Shown here one piece after another: positions 1 through 19,101 of a stretch of DNA of 64,000 nucleotides. The DNA lies in NCBI RefSeq assembly GCF_009914755.1, contig NC_060930.1; one strand, 5' to 3'. Numbering within the stretch: the stretch's first letter is position 1; each line of letters begins with the position of its first letter. The position numbers and the translations under genes are program-made. The notes under the pieces were generated by a model, which did no database searches, was not told the origin of the DNA, and saw nothing but the letters and a program-made list of their open reading frames with translations. Origin of the DNA: the human T2T-CHM13v2.0 reference genome, Homo sapiens.

Positions 1-523
1 AGTTTGGTCAAAAGAAAGCAGGTTTATCAAGATATTTGGATCCTAGGAAGAAACAGAAATAGAAAAAAGGTTATTCAGAGTACTAGACGCTAAAAATAAT
101 ATTCTATGAGGAATATGCCCCACCTTCCTCTAATATGCAGACTGTTGTTAATTATTTTGGAATATACGCTAGAGCTTTTCAATAGCTAGAGAAAATTTCA
201 GTTGAAAATAAAGATCTATTTCTACTGGAAATACATAAAAATTACTGTGTGGTATAACATGAGAAGAAAAAATCAAGTACAATGAGCAAAATAGAGATTT
301 ACTATTTCAAAAATACTGGGTACATCTCTGACTATCATGCAATATTTTGTAGAACTAACTGGTAAAGTCAGTGTTTTTAGATTATAAAAATAGTGAAGGC
401 ACAGACTATCTTTGGAAAACATACATTAGCAGTAGAAAAAAATTACTGGAAGGAGGTACAACTGATTATTTAAATTAGGAATAATTAATACATATCACTA
501 TGAATTGCTTAATTGCAGTTTAG

Positions 524-843
<320 letters not shown>

Positions 844-907
844 CTGACTCTTGTTTCTTACATATGATTTACATGTTCGCTGTTTTGTTTCCTATAAAAA
901 GGTAACT

Positions 908-1459
<552 letters not shown>

Positions 1460-1483
1460 TAATAGTAACTAAATTTTTTTCAG

Positions 1484-1580
1484 GTTATATACCACCTTAT
1501 AATGCTACAGTAGTTCAGAAGTTGTTGGATCAGGGAGCTCTACTAATGGGAAAAACAAATTTAGATGAGTTTGCTATGGG
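1484..1580 (+). CDS. QRSL1: QRSL1 (GatA) coding exon (probably exon 4)
   Basis: ttttttcag|GT TAT ATA... encodes (G)[32 protein letters not shown], the amidase [11 protein letters not shown] motif; donor GG|gtaagt; 97 nt, phase 1 to 2. Confidence 0.97.
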
Positions 1581-1823
1581 GTAAGTAAAATTGAAATCTT
1601 CTCTTGAGTTTCTTCTGTCTGTGCCTTTATTTTCACTAAATGTAGTTACCTAAAAGGATTGAGGATCTAATGCCAGTTTCTTAGTCCCTCTGTGAGATTA
1701 TGTTATGTTGTTTAATAGATATATAGTCATCTCTAATTTTGCTTTTGGCTTGTATTTCCCTGATGACTAATAATGTTAAACATCTTTTCATGTGTTTATT
1801 TTGCCATCCCTATATCTTCATCA

Positions 1824-2251
<428 letters not shown>

Positions 2252-2359
2252 TCAAGTCTCTGGTTTATCTTTTTATTCTCTGAACATGCCTTTCAAAGAG
2301 TAAAAGTTCTTAATTTTGATAAAGTCCAGTTTATCAATTTTTTTCTTTTTTCTCTTCTT

Positions 2360-2947
<588 letters not shown>

Positions 2948-2989
2948 GAATTTTTTTCTTTTATGATTCATGTGTCCTAAGAAATCTTT

Positions 2990-3308
<319 letters not shown>

Positions 3309-3886
3309 AAGAAATCTTTACCTAACAAAGGTCACAAAGAATTTTTTCCTAGAAGTTTTATAGTCTTAGCTCTTACATTTAGATCTGTTATTCACTTCGC
3401 ATTAGATTTTCGTATATAGTATGAATAAAGTCCATTTATTCAACATATGGATGTCCATTAACTCCAGCACTAATAGTAAAAAAGATTATCCTTTTCTTGT
3501 TGAATGATCTTAGGTTTTTTTGTCAAGAATCAAGCACATTCAGTAGGTCTGTTTCTGGACTCTGTTGCATCTCTGTTTATTCCAGTGTCACACCATCTTG
3601 ATTATTATAGCTTTATAGTAAGCCTTGAAATTATGTAGTAAGAGTCTTCTAACTTTGTTCTTCTTTTTCAAAATCATTTTACATAATCTAGATCTGTTAT
3701 ATTCTGATATGTTTTAGAATAAGCTTGCTAATTTCTACAAACAAGTTTAATGGGATTTTGATTGTGATTGTGTTGAATTTATAGATCAACTTGGAAAGAA
3801 TCGGCATCATAATACATGTCTTCTCATACATTTTGTTTTACTCTGGAATGTTTTTATGATTTCCTGCATATAAATTGTACATATAA

Positions 3887-4210
<324 letters not shown>

Positions 4211-5005
4211 ATGTTTCTTAATGCTATAGAAAATTGTATTTTTTTCAGTTTCTAATTGTTTATTGCTAGTACATTGAAACATAATTGATTTTTCTATATT
4301 GACCTTTTATCCCATGACCTTGTTAAAGCTTGCTTATTAGTTCTAGTTGATCTTTGTGGATTCTGTAGAATATTTTATGTAGCAAATTGTGTAGTCTACA
4401 AATAGAGTTAGTCTTATTTCTTCTTCTTGCCTTACTGCACCAGTGAGGGCCTTAGGTGCAATGTTGAATAGAAGTGGTGAGAGCAGATTTCCTTGCCTTG
4501 ATCTTGATCTTAGGGAACAGCAGTCTTTCACCAAAAGTACTTTATACTTACCCTTTTATGACACTTGTCACATTTGTAATATTTGCTTGGTCATTGTTCT
4601 CTGTTTCATAGAAACAAGAGTCCTTGTGTGTATAGTTCAGAGTGGTATATCTTGGAATTCATTATATATATGTTGAATGAACTAATCCATGAGAGTATAT
4701 TTGAACAAAGGCTTTCAGGAAATTGCCTTCATCAGCTGATCAAAATTAACATCACCAGTGAGGGTGAAGTGGACGTTATGTGCCTCCAGATGTAATTGTC
4801 TGAGGATACAATATCACCTATGTAATATTCCAGCTGAGAATGTGTAAGCTGACTCTAATAATGGGGAAACAAAAGATAAATCCAAAATGAGAACCATTCT
4901 ATTAAAATATCATATGAAAACAAAAAAAGGGCTGTGAAAATCTTCCAGGATAAGAGATAAAGAAAGTAAAACCTAACATCATAAAACTCAAGAAAATGTA
5001 GGGGA

Positions 5006-5136
5006 TGCTGGGCCTGGTGGCTCATGCCTGTTATCTCAGCACTGTGGGAAACTGAGGCAGTAGGATTGCTTGAGCCCAGGAGTCCTAGATCAGCCTGGGC
5101 AACATAGTGAGGCCCTGTCTCTACAGAAAAAAAAAA
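5006..5136 (+). mobile_element. FLAM / Alu left monomer
   Basis: Single left arm with A-tail. Confidence 0.8.
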
Positions 5137-5236
5137 TTAAAAAAAACAGGGAAAAGTATTAGTGACCTTGAATTAGTCAGAGTTCTTTTAGATAGGACAC
5201 ATGAAGCACAAATCCACTTAAAAAATTGATAGACTT

Positions 5237-5541
<305 letters not shown>

Positions 5542-5843
5542 TTAATAGACTTCATTAAAATTAAGAACTTCTGTACTTTGAAATATGCTACTAAAAAAGT
5601 GAAAACGCAAGCCACAGACTGAGAGAAAAATATTTGCAAAACATGTATCTCAGAAAGAACCGATATCCAAAATACATAGAACATTTCACACCTCAATAAG
5701 AAAACAAGCAACCCTATTTTTAAAAAATGAACAAAAGATTTAAGAAGACGTTTCATCAGAGATTAAAACATAGTTGACAAACACATGAAACAATGCTTAA
5801 TATCGTTGATCATTAGTGGAATTCAAAATTAAAATCACAGTGA

Positions 5844-6061
5844 GCTTGGGCACAGTGGCCCACACCTGTAATCTCAGCACTTTGGGAGGCCAAGGCATGG
5901 TAGTGGATGCCTGTAGTCCCAGCTACTCGAGAGGCATGAGAATCGCTTGAACCTGGATCACTTGAAACCGGGAGGCGGAGCTTGCAGTGAGCCAAGATCA
6001 TGCCACTGCACTCCAGCCTGGGCAATAGAGCGAGACTGTCTCAAAAAAAAAAAAAAAAAAA
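5844..6061 (+). mobile_element. internally deleted Alu
   Basis: Left arm joined directly to right arm, A-tail. Confidence 0.8.
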
Positions 6062-6107
6062 GAGAGAGACAATGATAATTAAATGGAAGACCTGACTCTA
6101 GATTTGA

Positions 6108-6441
<334 letters not shown>

Positions 6442-6507
6442 AAAGTACATTATTGAATCAGTTGACAGAATTGAATTACATACAGTAGATTCGATAAAAG
6501 TATTGTA

Positions 6508-6802
<295 letters not shown>

Positions 6803-7490
6803 TTATTGTATTGATATTAATGTTACTGAGATTGATAACTATACTGTGACTGTATAATGTGATATCCTTATTGTTAGGAAATACACACTAAAGTATTTAG
6901 GGATAAAGGGCTATGATATACATGTAAGTTACCCTTAAGATACCCTTAAGTTTCTATCATACTTTGTGTATATATGTACATATGTACAAACGTACACAGA
7001 GCACACAAGTAGTAAAGCAAAGGGATAAAATGTTGACCGTAGGTATGTCTGGGTAAAGGGTATAAAGTGCTTTATATGTTATTTTTATTTTTGCAATTTA
7101 TCTGAGAATAAAATCATTTCAAAAATTTAAGTTATTAGCATTCCACTTGTAATGTTTTTCATAGAACTTCTGGTTCAGAAGTTCTTAACTGTTTGAATGT
7201 AACCCTTTTCAGCTGGAAGACCTTGATTCACAAGGGAAATCATCTTCAGTTGAATTGGATGATCAAAAGAGGCAAAATCTTTTCTTAGCAGATTAGCTTT
7301 GTCTATTTTCTACCACAAATGCTCTTCCTTCCCATCCTCCGCAACTGTCAATTAATGAAAGCTACATCTGAACAGGCTTCCCACCTTTTTCAATTCAAGC
7401 TACAGTGGGTTCTTAAATGCTCAATGAGTGTCAGAAGCAAATAATATACTCAGAAGATGAAATTTTCACCTAAAATGAAAGTTTTACTAA

Positions 7491-7694
<204 letters not shown>

Positions 7695-9399
7695 TAAGAT
7701 GCTTTTCTCTATCTGTATTTTAAAACCCACCCAAATACAAAGTCATAAACTGTATCCAGCAATAGAGTAGTTCATATCCTGGTATTTTTCTTTCTAGTGA
7801 GCTATATGTGCTCAAAGGTATATCAAAATTATATCTTGAGTTGCACTCAACTGTACAGTACACTATGTATATTTAATACTTTTAACTTTAAAATAACAAA
7901 TTTTTCTCCATAGTATCTGGTTCTCTTAAAATATGATTTTGTGGATCTTGCAGAATAAAGCATCAAACATAAATGAACTTCATTGCATTTCATTTTTAAA
8001 TAATTTGAGTGTGTGCTCACTGATTATACAAATATTTAGGGACTAACATACAATGGCTTTAGTTGAGTGCTGCTGAACTAAACTGTTGGTAATGTTTATC
8101 CTTCAGCAAGATCAATCTTTTGAAAAAAAAGAAAAAATGCTAATATGTATTAATAAGATATTTTAAATAGTGTTTTCAGGAATCTGCAATTAAAAATGTA
8201 CATCAGTAAGTAAAGTTTTTTCAAGCTTGTTAGGTGCTGATTCTGTTTATCTATCATACTTTGTATTTGGTAAGAATCCATTGATCATATTTTCAGTTCC
8301 ATTTGTAAAGCATTTCTTAACTACCCAAAGAAAAGAAAGTAAATATGGCTGTTGCTGTGTTTATCAGTCTCAATTTAATCAAAATGAATGTGTTTCTTTA
8401 GTAATAGTTTTGTATTTTATCTCCCCTTAATTATCCATTAAAACTAAGTTCTTTCACACACATTGCAATCCATAAATCATTTATATTTTTTTAGAGCTAT
8501 GGAGATGTGAGTTCTACAGATTTTTTTTCAGTTTTCCTAAAATCTTATTAACAAGTAAAACCATTTCATTTTATCTCTGTGAAATTTTATAGCATTGTAT
8601 TAATATTAATGTGAGTTCTGACAAGTTAGGACTGCAGGATTAGGTGCTTTTTTTCTGTCCTCATCATCCCACTTAGTGTTCATCTTTCTGAATGTGCTTT
8701 TGAGTAGATGGCATTTTGACACATAATTCCTATGGAAATGTAAGTTTTACTTTTACATAGCCGTCAGTGAATGCTAATAAGAAAATGTATCTTTTAAAAT
8801 TGTGAAAGCAACAGTCTGATTTTGTAGCTTAACTTGACACTGTAAGAAAGGAAATCTAATTTGCATTTTCTGTAGGGCACAAGTGCCATGTTATTGTTAG
8901 GAGCATTGTTCAGTCCAAAGCTTCACTTTAAATATAAGCAACAGAAGTACAGACCAAAAATAACTTCAGATTGAATGTATCTCAAACTGTAAAGTGTTCT
9001 GCTTTTGTTTCCTTATTTTTGATTTGTTTACCCCTTTTTGATTTGTTTCTTTTACAATAGCTTTTAAAATAGGAAGATTCCTGGAGTACTGTGCAGCCAC
9101 TAAAAAGAATAAGTTAGAGCACTATGCAATGACATGGAAAAATAACCAAGATAAATTGTTAAGTGAAAAATAAGTTGCAGAACCCATTTCTGTTAAAAGT
9201 AACAATTGCATAGGTATATATGTCAGTCATTGCATGGAAGTACTGCATGTCTGGATGAATGCATGTCAGAACTGGTAACGGTTATTGTGGGGGCTGTGAT
9301 TCTAAGAGTAATCTTACTTTATACATCATATAGTTATATAATATTTTAATTTTTATAGTAGATATGTACTGTTCTACAGCACAACTTCTGTTTTCCTGA

Positions 9400-9690
9400 A
9401 ATGGTTTTTTAATTGTGGTAAAATGCACATAACATAAAATGTACCAGCCTAACCATTTTTAAAAGTACAGTTCAAAAGTATTAAAAACATGCAATCAGTC
9501 TTCAGAACACTTTTCATCTTGCAACGCTAAAACTGTGTACCCTTCAACCCTCTCCCAGCCCTGGTAACCACCTTCTACTTTGTGCCTTATGAATTTGATT
9601 ACTCTAGTTATCTCATGTACGTGGTGTCATATAGTATTTGTCTTTCTGTGACTGGCTTATTTCATTTAGCATAATGTCCTCCAGGTCCGT
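9400..9690 (-). mobile_element. L1MB-like 3' end fragment
   Basis: ttgtggtaaaatgcacataacataaaat...gactggcttatttcatttagcataatgtcctcc. Confidence 0.7.
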
Positions 9691-10662
9691 TTTTTGTTTT
9701 TTTAAAATAAGAACAACACAAACTCTGTAGGTAACTGGGTAAAGAAATGAACAGTCACTTTGTAGTTGAGTAATGCATGTATAAATAAGTGTGCAAAATT
9801 ATTTAAAATGCACATTAATAAAAACTTTTTGGTTATCACACTAACAATTTTAAAAATTACTAGTACTCAGTGACGGTACTGAAACTTTAAAACACAATCT
9901 GACTCACTGCAACTAGGGATATAAATTGGCATAATCTTTCTGACAAGTAATTTGACAGCATATATCAGAAACTTATGTGCACTAAGTCTACTTCTTGGAA
10001 GCTAGCCTAAAAAGTACTCACACATAAGCAAAAATTTATGTTCAGAGATTTTCATAACAAAGTTATTTATTAAATAGTTATTCTAGTTAGAAACAACGTA
10101 AGAGTTTAAATTATTAAACATCTCAATCCATGATTCTAAATGGGGTGGGTAGCAAAGGGCTGTATCTGAATTTCTAGGAGGGGCATATTTAGTCTGTAAA
10201 AGCATACTGCAAAATTGCCATTAATTTGATTTGTTTTCAATATCAACATCAGAAGAAAGTGCAAGATTTATATGTATATTGAAAGGAGAATGGACTTTAA
10301 AATACCAGGAATCACGAATTTATATGATGGAATATTACATATACTTTACATTTTCAGGAATTTTAATGACATAGTAAAAAGCTAATGTTAAAAAAGGGAT
10401 GGAAACTCATGATTACAGAATTATCTCAACGGTGAAAAAAATGCATTTTTAAAAAGACTTGAACTTAATATGCCAAAATGTTAACAGTGTTTTCCTCTGG
10501 GTATTGGAATATTGAGTACCTAAAGTTTTCTGTACTTTATGAATTCTCTGAGATGAACATGTGTTACTTTTGTGTAATCAGAGGAAAATACAGTTTAAAA
10601 ATATACAATTGAAAGGGTAGATTCCAAATATAATTAGAGATATATCATTCTTCTAAAGATAA

Positions 10663-11053
<391 letters not shown>

Positions 11054-11099
11054 GTAACTTTTTCCTTTCATTACTTTACAGAAATACTGTCAAGTCCAA

Positions 11100-11275
11100 T
11101 AGAGAGCACAGACTTGGGAGGCGGATTGGGTGGGTTTGAATCTCTGCTCTGCCACTTTTATTAATCATGTGAGTTGAGTATGTGACTTAATCTCTTTTAG
11201 CTCAATTTCCCCATCTGTAAAATAGGAATAATAAAAATACTGACTTCAGAGAGGTTTGTGAGGATCAATTAGACA
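11100..11275 (+). mobile_element. MIR
   Basis: MIR core ctcaatttccccatctgtaaaataggaataata. Confidence 0.75.
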
Positions 11276-11284
11276 GTCATGTTA

Positions 11285-11502
11285 AGTCTGTAAATTGTTT
11301 CTGTAATGGGCAAGATAGCAAATATTTTAGATTTTGTGGACCATGCAGTCTTTATCATAACTGCTTAACTGCCATTATAGTGAGAAAGCAGCCACAGACA
11401 ATATGTAAATGAAAAAGTGTGTCTCTGTTCCAATAAAACTTTATTTTCAAAAACCAGCTGGCTTGTCACATCTGGCCTATGGGCCATAGTTTGCCCATCC
11501 CT
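11285..11502 (+). mobile_element. MER58A-like DNA transposon
   Basis: aaagcagccacagacaatatgtaaatg...tgttccaataaaactttattt...gggccatagtttgcc. Confidence 0.75.
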
Positions 11503-11734
11503 AATGTAAAGAAAGGACTTTAGCCCAAAGCCACAACTTGCATAGTAATGCCTCAAAAAATGTTAACATCTTTACTGTTATTATTATTACTACTGCATCT
11601 ATTACAGTAGCAATTGAGTAATGAATACATGAATGTTATAATGTTAAATTACTAACCTTTTAAAAATATTAAGCATTGCAATATATTAATACTTTAAATC
11701 TTTTAGGAAGATAAGTTACCCTGCAGAATAATGA

Positions 11735-11965
11735 AGTTTCACAACCTCAGCACTGTTGGTGTTTGGGGCTGGTAATTGTTTGTTGTGGGAGACTGTCCTG
11801 TGCATTGTAAGATGTTTAGTAGCATCCCTGGCCTCTACCCCTACATGCAAGTAGTACCGCACCACCAAAACCACAATCCCACAACCAAAAATGTCTGCAG
11901 ACATTGTCAAGTGTCTCCTGGTTAGGGAAAAGGAGACAAAAGTAACCCCCAGGTAAGACCACTGC
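11735..11965 (+). mobile_element. MER20
   Basis: ctgtcctgtgcattgtaagatgtttagtagcatccctggcctctaccc...aaaaatgtctgcagacattgtcaagtgtc. Confidence 0.8.
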
Positions 11966-12017
11966 TATAGAGAAATACTACCTTATTTAAAATCTTCCAT
12001 TAAGGTAATATATGTAA

Positions 12018-12313
12018 GGCCAGGTGCGTACACCTGTAATCCCAGCACCTTGGGAAGCCAAGGCAGGAGGATCGCTTGAGATCAGGAGTTTGAGACCAGC
12101 CTGGGCAACATACAGAGCCCTATGTCTACAAAAAGTTTTAAAAAAATTGTGGGGTGTGGTGGTGTGCACCTGTGGTCCTAGCTGTTTGGGAGGCTGAGGG
12201 GGGAGGATTGCTTGAGTCCAGGAGGTTGAGACTGCCGTGAGCCATGATTGCACCACTGCACTCCACCCTAGGTGACAGAGCAAGACCCTATCTCAAAAAA
12301 AAAAAAAAAAAAA
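12018..12313 (+). mobile_element. AluJ
   Basis: ggaggatcgcttgag, AluJ-type right arm, A-tail. Confidence 0.88.
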
Positions 12314-12540
12314 GAAGGCAATATCTGTGCATTCTTTTTAAGCATTTATTTATAGAGAGCATAGGCTTTAAAACAGACCCAGTTTGAAATCCTAGACCCT
12401 CTACTTACCTGCTATTTAACATTAGGAAAATAACTTCTTATGTCAAGATTTTTCATTAACAAAATGAAGGATTATAATACCTACATCACAGGCTTGTTAA
12501 AAGCATGAGATGAGAGAGAATCTTTGAAAATCATCTAACA

Positions 12541-12843
<303 letters not shown>

Positions 12844-13089
12844 CTAACAGGGTACCTGATACATGAGCATTTAACATATATGCTGATATATGCTGATATG
12901 CTGTTAGGTTCCTGATACATAATGAGCATTTAACAAATAACCAGATCTCCAATCTTTAATGTTGTTATATCCAGATCATAATATCTAGTACTGTGCTTTG
13001 TCATACCATAAACACTCTGAAATGGATTTAGTCTTTCTAGCTACCTACCAGCAATTTTATCCTATTTTCTAATGTATTACCAAAGGTCC

Positions 13090-13410
<321 letters not shown>

Positions 13411-13830
13411 TAAGGTAGTTGTCGCAAACATTTGAAAAGTTCACTTATTAGTGACAAAAAAGTTAATGCTTGAGATAATGTTAGTGATTCAGAAAAGTTC
13501 ATCAGTGAATCATTTTACCTTTGTCATTTTAGACTTGTACTTACACTATTTGTCATAAATATTTGTGTATGTTTGGTTTGCTTCTCAGGACTGTGAATAA
13601 CTCGAAGGGATAGTATCTTGTTGTCATATGCTCAGTCCCGCTAATGTAGAGCTCAATAAATGTTTGAATGAATGAATGAGGGAGTGAACAATTGGAGTTT
13701 CTTTCTTGGTTCTTTTCTTTTCTTCTCTCTCCATGACCAGTCCATCAGTCAAAAGGCAGATGGGGAAAAGAAACCATTAAGGGCAACTCCCTAAACTTTA
13801 GTATTGGTGACAAAAATGTGAATCTAAATA

Positions 13831-14196
<366 letters not shown>

Positions 14197-14399
14197 TAAG
14201 ACAACTCATTTAGGAATTTTCTTCATTCTTGAAACCTCAAGTAACATGTCTCTTATCAGGTCTTATAAGTCAAGGTATTTAGTAAAGAAACAAAATCTTT
14301 ATGATTTGAATTAGAAAAGACCTGTTTATGGCACTTTTGGGTCCTGGTATTCAAAAACAAAAGAAATGTTGGTACTTTAGCTAAATGATTGGTACAGAT

Positions 14400-14724
14400 T
14401 ACAGGCAGTCCTCCATATCTGTGGGTTTTGCAACCTTGGATTCAACCAAACACAAATCAAAAATATTCAAAAAATAAAAAATAACACCCAACAATAAAAA
14501 GTAATACAAATTAAAAAGCAATACAGTGTAACAACTATTTACCTCGCATTTACATTGTATTAGATGTTACAAGTAATCTAGGGATAATTTTAAACGTGCA
14601 GGAGGTGTGCATAGGTTTTATGCAAATACTACACCATTTTGTATGAGACTTGAATATCCTCAGATTTTGGTATCCACAGGGGTCTTGGTACCAAACCCCC
14701 AACGGACACCAAGGAATGAATGTA
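14400..14724. mobile_element. MER2 (Tigger-family) DNA transposon
   Basis: tacaggcagtcctccatatctgtgggtt...ttggtatccacagggg...ggacaccaaggaatgaatgta with terminal inverted repeats and TA ends. Confidence 0.8.
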
Positions 14725-15126
14725 AGTAGGAAGCCATTAAGGATTTTAATCTCATTAAATGTCCTTTGGGTATTACCACATTGGTTTATTGCTGTTAGAG
14801 CCTTAAGCAGAGAGTTGTATTGTCTCTTGAAAAATGTATTGAATCAACTTAGTTTTTCCTTGTATTATGTATGTCTTTACTCTAAAAAAGAATTCAGAAT
14901 GACTATGACTCCTCCTTCAATTGTCTTCATTATGAGTTTATTCACGATCTTGTGAACAGGCCTCATCTTCTATACCACCAAGTGTGTCTAAGAGGACATG
15001 AGAAGTGTGAAAAAGCAAGATTGGTTATTGTAATGAAGAGCTTCTTGGAGTTTTTCTCCATGCCCTCAAGGGCAGAAGGCATTTTATTCATCTGCGTATC
15101 CTCTCAGGGCCGATAGTTAGAATTAC

Positions 15127-15418
15127 TTTTTATTTTTGAGACAGGGTCTCACTCTGTCACCCAGGCTGTAGTGCAGTGAAGTGATCGCAGCTCACCGCAG
15201 CCTTGACCTCTTGAGCTTAAGTGATCCTCCCACCTCAGCCTCCCTAGTAGCTGGAACTACAAGCTTGCACCACCATGCCCAGCTAATTTTTGTATTTTCT
15301 GTAGAGACGGGATCCTGCCATGTTGCCCAGGCTGATCTCCAACTCCTGGGTTCGAGCAATCCACCCATCTCAACCTCCAAAGTGCAGGTGTTACAGGCAT
15401 GAGCCACCATGCCAGGCC
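15127..15418 (-). mobile_element. AluJ
   Basis: Antisense AluJ, TSD attacttttt. Confidence 0.88.
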
Positions 15419-15450
15419 ACAGGATTACTTTTTCTAAGAATACTATTTGA

Positions 15451-15757
<307 letters not shown>

Positions 15758-16169
15758 TTATGTTCCAGATTAAAAGACTGTTACCATATTGACCAGATGC
15801 TTGTAATGACTTTGGAGTAGGAAAACAAAAGGAAATAATTTTCTAAGTGAAAACATTTATTAAGCTAAAGATATTACTTTTGCCAAATATTACTGATTAG
15901 AACCATATTGTTTATCTCAGGGCACAAGTTGATGAATTATATAGGTCAATGTAACAGCATAAAAAGAAATTGAAGGAGAGAAGTCAGAAAGCATTCCTCA
16001 TGATCACCATTTGGGGGTTCTGATAAAAGGAAGTTAAAATTACTGCTGGTATCCCTAGCTCCTGAGTCAGTGCCAAGTTGGGTCAACTTGGGTAGACAAA
16101 AGTGATAGGAAAAATGGGATTCGGAATACTTTTTTTATTTTAAAAAGTCAACTTATGTGCCAGGAAGAG

Positions 16170-16465
16170 TTTATTTATTTATTTTTGAGACAGAGTCTCA
16201 CTCTGTCACCCAGGCTGGAGTGCAATGGCACGATCTCAGCTCACTGCAACCCTGCCTCCTGGGTTCAAGCAATTCTTCTGCCTCAGCATCCTGAGTAGCT
16301 GGGACTACAGGCACACGCCACCACACACAGCTAATTTTTGTATTTTTAGTAGAGATGGGGTTTCACCATATTGGCCAGGCTGGTCTCAAACTCCTGACCT
16401 CGTGATCCGCCCACCTCAGCCTCCCAAAGTGCTGGGATTACAGGCGTGAGCCACCATGCCCAGCC
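16170..16465 (-). mobile_element. Alu
   Basis: Antisense dimer, TSD aggaagagtttattt. Confidence 0.9.
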
Positions 16466-16870
16466 AGGAAGAGTTTATTTTTAATTGACATAAATATTTA
16501 CTTATGTAACACATTTATATCTACCTTTTGCTATTTATCTTCTGTTTGTCCCATCTGTTCTTTTTTCTTTTAACCTTTTCTTCTGCTTTTTTTTCTTTAA
16601 ATAGTAATTTTTCTCTTAAAAAGATCTAAAATGAGAAAAATAGTGTCATTTATATTTACCTACATATTTAGTATTTCTGGTGCTTTTCTCTCTGCTCTAG
16701 AGATATAAATTTCCATCTGGTATAATTTTGTTTTTACTTGAAGAACTTTCTTTAATATTTCTTGTAGTCCTGTTGGCAGTGAATTCTTTCAGCTTTGGTT
16801 TATATGTAGAACTCTTTATTTTGCTTTTAATTTTGAAAGATATTTTCTCTGGGTTTAAAAATGTAGGTTA

Positions 16871-17030
16871 AGCTGGGCACAGGGTACACTCCTGTAGTTA
16901 CAGCTACTCAGGAGGCTGAGGTGGGAGGATTGCTTGAGCCCAGGAGTGAGAGCCTGCACTGAGCTATAATCGCACCGCTGCACTTAAGCCTGAGCGACAG
17001 AGCGAGAGCCCATCTCTTTAAAAAAAAAAA
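16871..17030 (+). mobile_element. FRAM / Alu right monomer
   Basis: Single monomer with A-tail. Confidence 0.8.
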
Positions 17031-17581
17031 GTATAGGTTGCTTCTTCTTTCTGTACTTTAAAGGTTTTGTCCATTGTCTTCTGGCTTACATAGTTTCTGA
17101 GAAGTCTGTTGTCATTCTTATGGTCATTCCTCTGTATATGATGTATCTTTTTTTCCTCTGATTTTAAGATTTTCTTTTTATCATTGGTTTTCAGGAATTT
17201 GACTGTGATGTGCCTTGGTGTGGTTCTCTGCATATTTCTTCTTCTGCATAGGGGTTTGTTAAGCAGCTTTGATCTGTTGGGTTATAGTTTTAATCAAATT
17301 TGGAACATTTTGGCTATTATTTCCTCAAATATTTTTTCTGTCCTCCATCTGTCTGGGACTCTCTTCACATGTATATTAATCTGCCTGATGTTGTCCCACA
17401 GCTCACAGACACTACATTCTTTTTTTTTCCCCCAGTCTTTTTTCCTTCTCTGCTTCCTTTTGGCTAGTTTCCATTACTGTTTTCAGAATCACTGATCTTT
17501 TTTTCTGTTATGTTGATTCTTTCCAGTACATTTTTTATACATTATATTTTTTTCTCTAGAAGTTCCATGTAGGTCTTCTTA

Positions 17582-17962
<381 letters not shown>

Positions 17963-18659
17963 TTAATGTTCTTATCTACTCAGTATTCCATCATTTTTGC
18001 ATCTGTGTGTATTAATGCTTTTTCCCTCTCTGGTTATGGGTCATATTTTTTGCTGCTTTTCATGTCTGTATATTGTGAATTTTACATTGTCATTTGCTAG
18101 ACTTTTGTTATATTCCTTTAAACAGTGTTGGGCTTTTTCCCAGGATGCAATAAAGGTGCTTGGAATTTGTTGGCTCTTTTCAAGGCTTCTTTTAAAGCTT
18201 TGTTAAGATAAATCCAAAGCAGCCTTTATTCCAGGGCTAATTTTACTTTACTTTGAGGTGATGCTTTGATGCTGCATATATTTGAGTCTTTCGCTTTGGC
18301 TGTTCGAAACACAAACTTATTTCCGTCCCTGTTTGAGCTCTAGGAATTGTTCAGTCCACTGCTCTTTGGGGATTGTTTCCCCAGCCTTGGGAATTTCTTC
18401 TCATGCACTCATAGATCAGTACTCAGCCAGAGACTCAAGGAATCTCCCTGCAGATCTGTTGAGCTCTCTCTTTGTGCCACTCCCTTCTATTCAGCACCCT
18501 GCTTTGCAAATTCTAGCTGCCTTTGCCTCCTTGAACTTCAGATCTCTGTCCCTTTAACTTACCCCCCACCCCACATACTGTTTAGCTTCCTCTCTGGAAT
18601 GAGGCCTGAAAACTGCCCCTAGGCATTAAGCTGGGGAAATCGAAGGGCATATCTCATTT

Positions 18660-18937
18660 TCTTTTCTTTTCTTTTTTTGGAGACAGGGCCTCACTTGGTC
18701 ACCCAAGCCGGAGTGCATTGGCATGACCATGGCTCACTGGCAGCCTCGACCTCCCAGGCTCAAGCTCTTCTCAGCAACCCTCAACACTCCCCACCCCCCC
18801 CGTGAAGCTAGGACTACTGTAGTTTTTTTTGTAGAGACAGGATCTCCCTGTGTTGCCCAGGCTGGTCTCAAGCTCCTGGGCTCAAGGAATCCTACCCCCA
18901 GCCACCCCACAGGCATGAGGGACCACACCTGGCCTGG
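18660..18937 (-). mobile_element. degenerate AluJ
   Basis: Antisense diverged Alu. Confidence 0.75.
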
Positions 18938-19067
18938 CTTACTTCATTTGTTTCTCTTCTCTCACAACTTTTTCTCCTGAATGTCTGTTGCCTAATGCCT
19001 GAAAATGGTCATTTCATATATTTTGTCCAGTTTTCTAGTTGTTTAAGAAGGCAGAGTGTCTTAGTTC

Positions 19068-19101
19068 TTTTTTTTTTTTTAATCCCCTATTCTGAGAAGC
19101 A
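19068..19101 (-). mobile_element. micro retro-insertion (21 nt + polyA) with TSD
   Basis: gtcttagttc (19058-19067), T13, aatcccctattctgagaagca, gtcttagttc (19102-19111). Confidence 0.65.
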
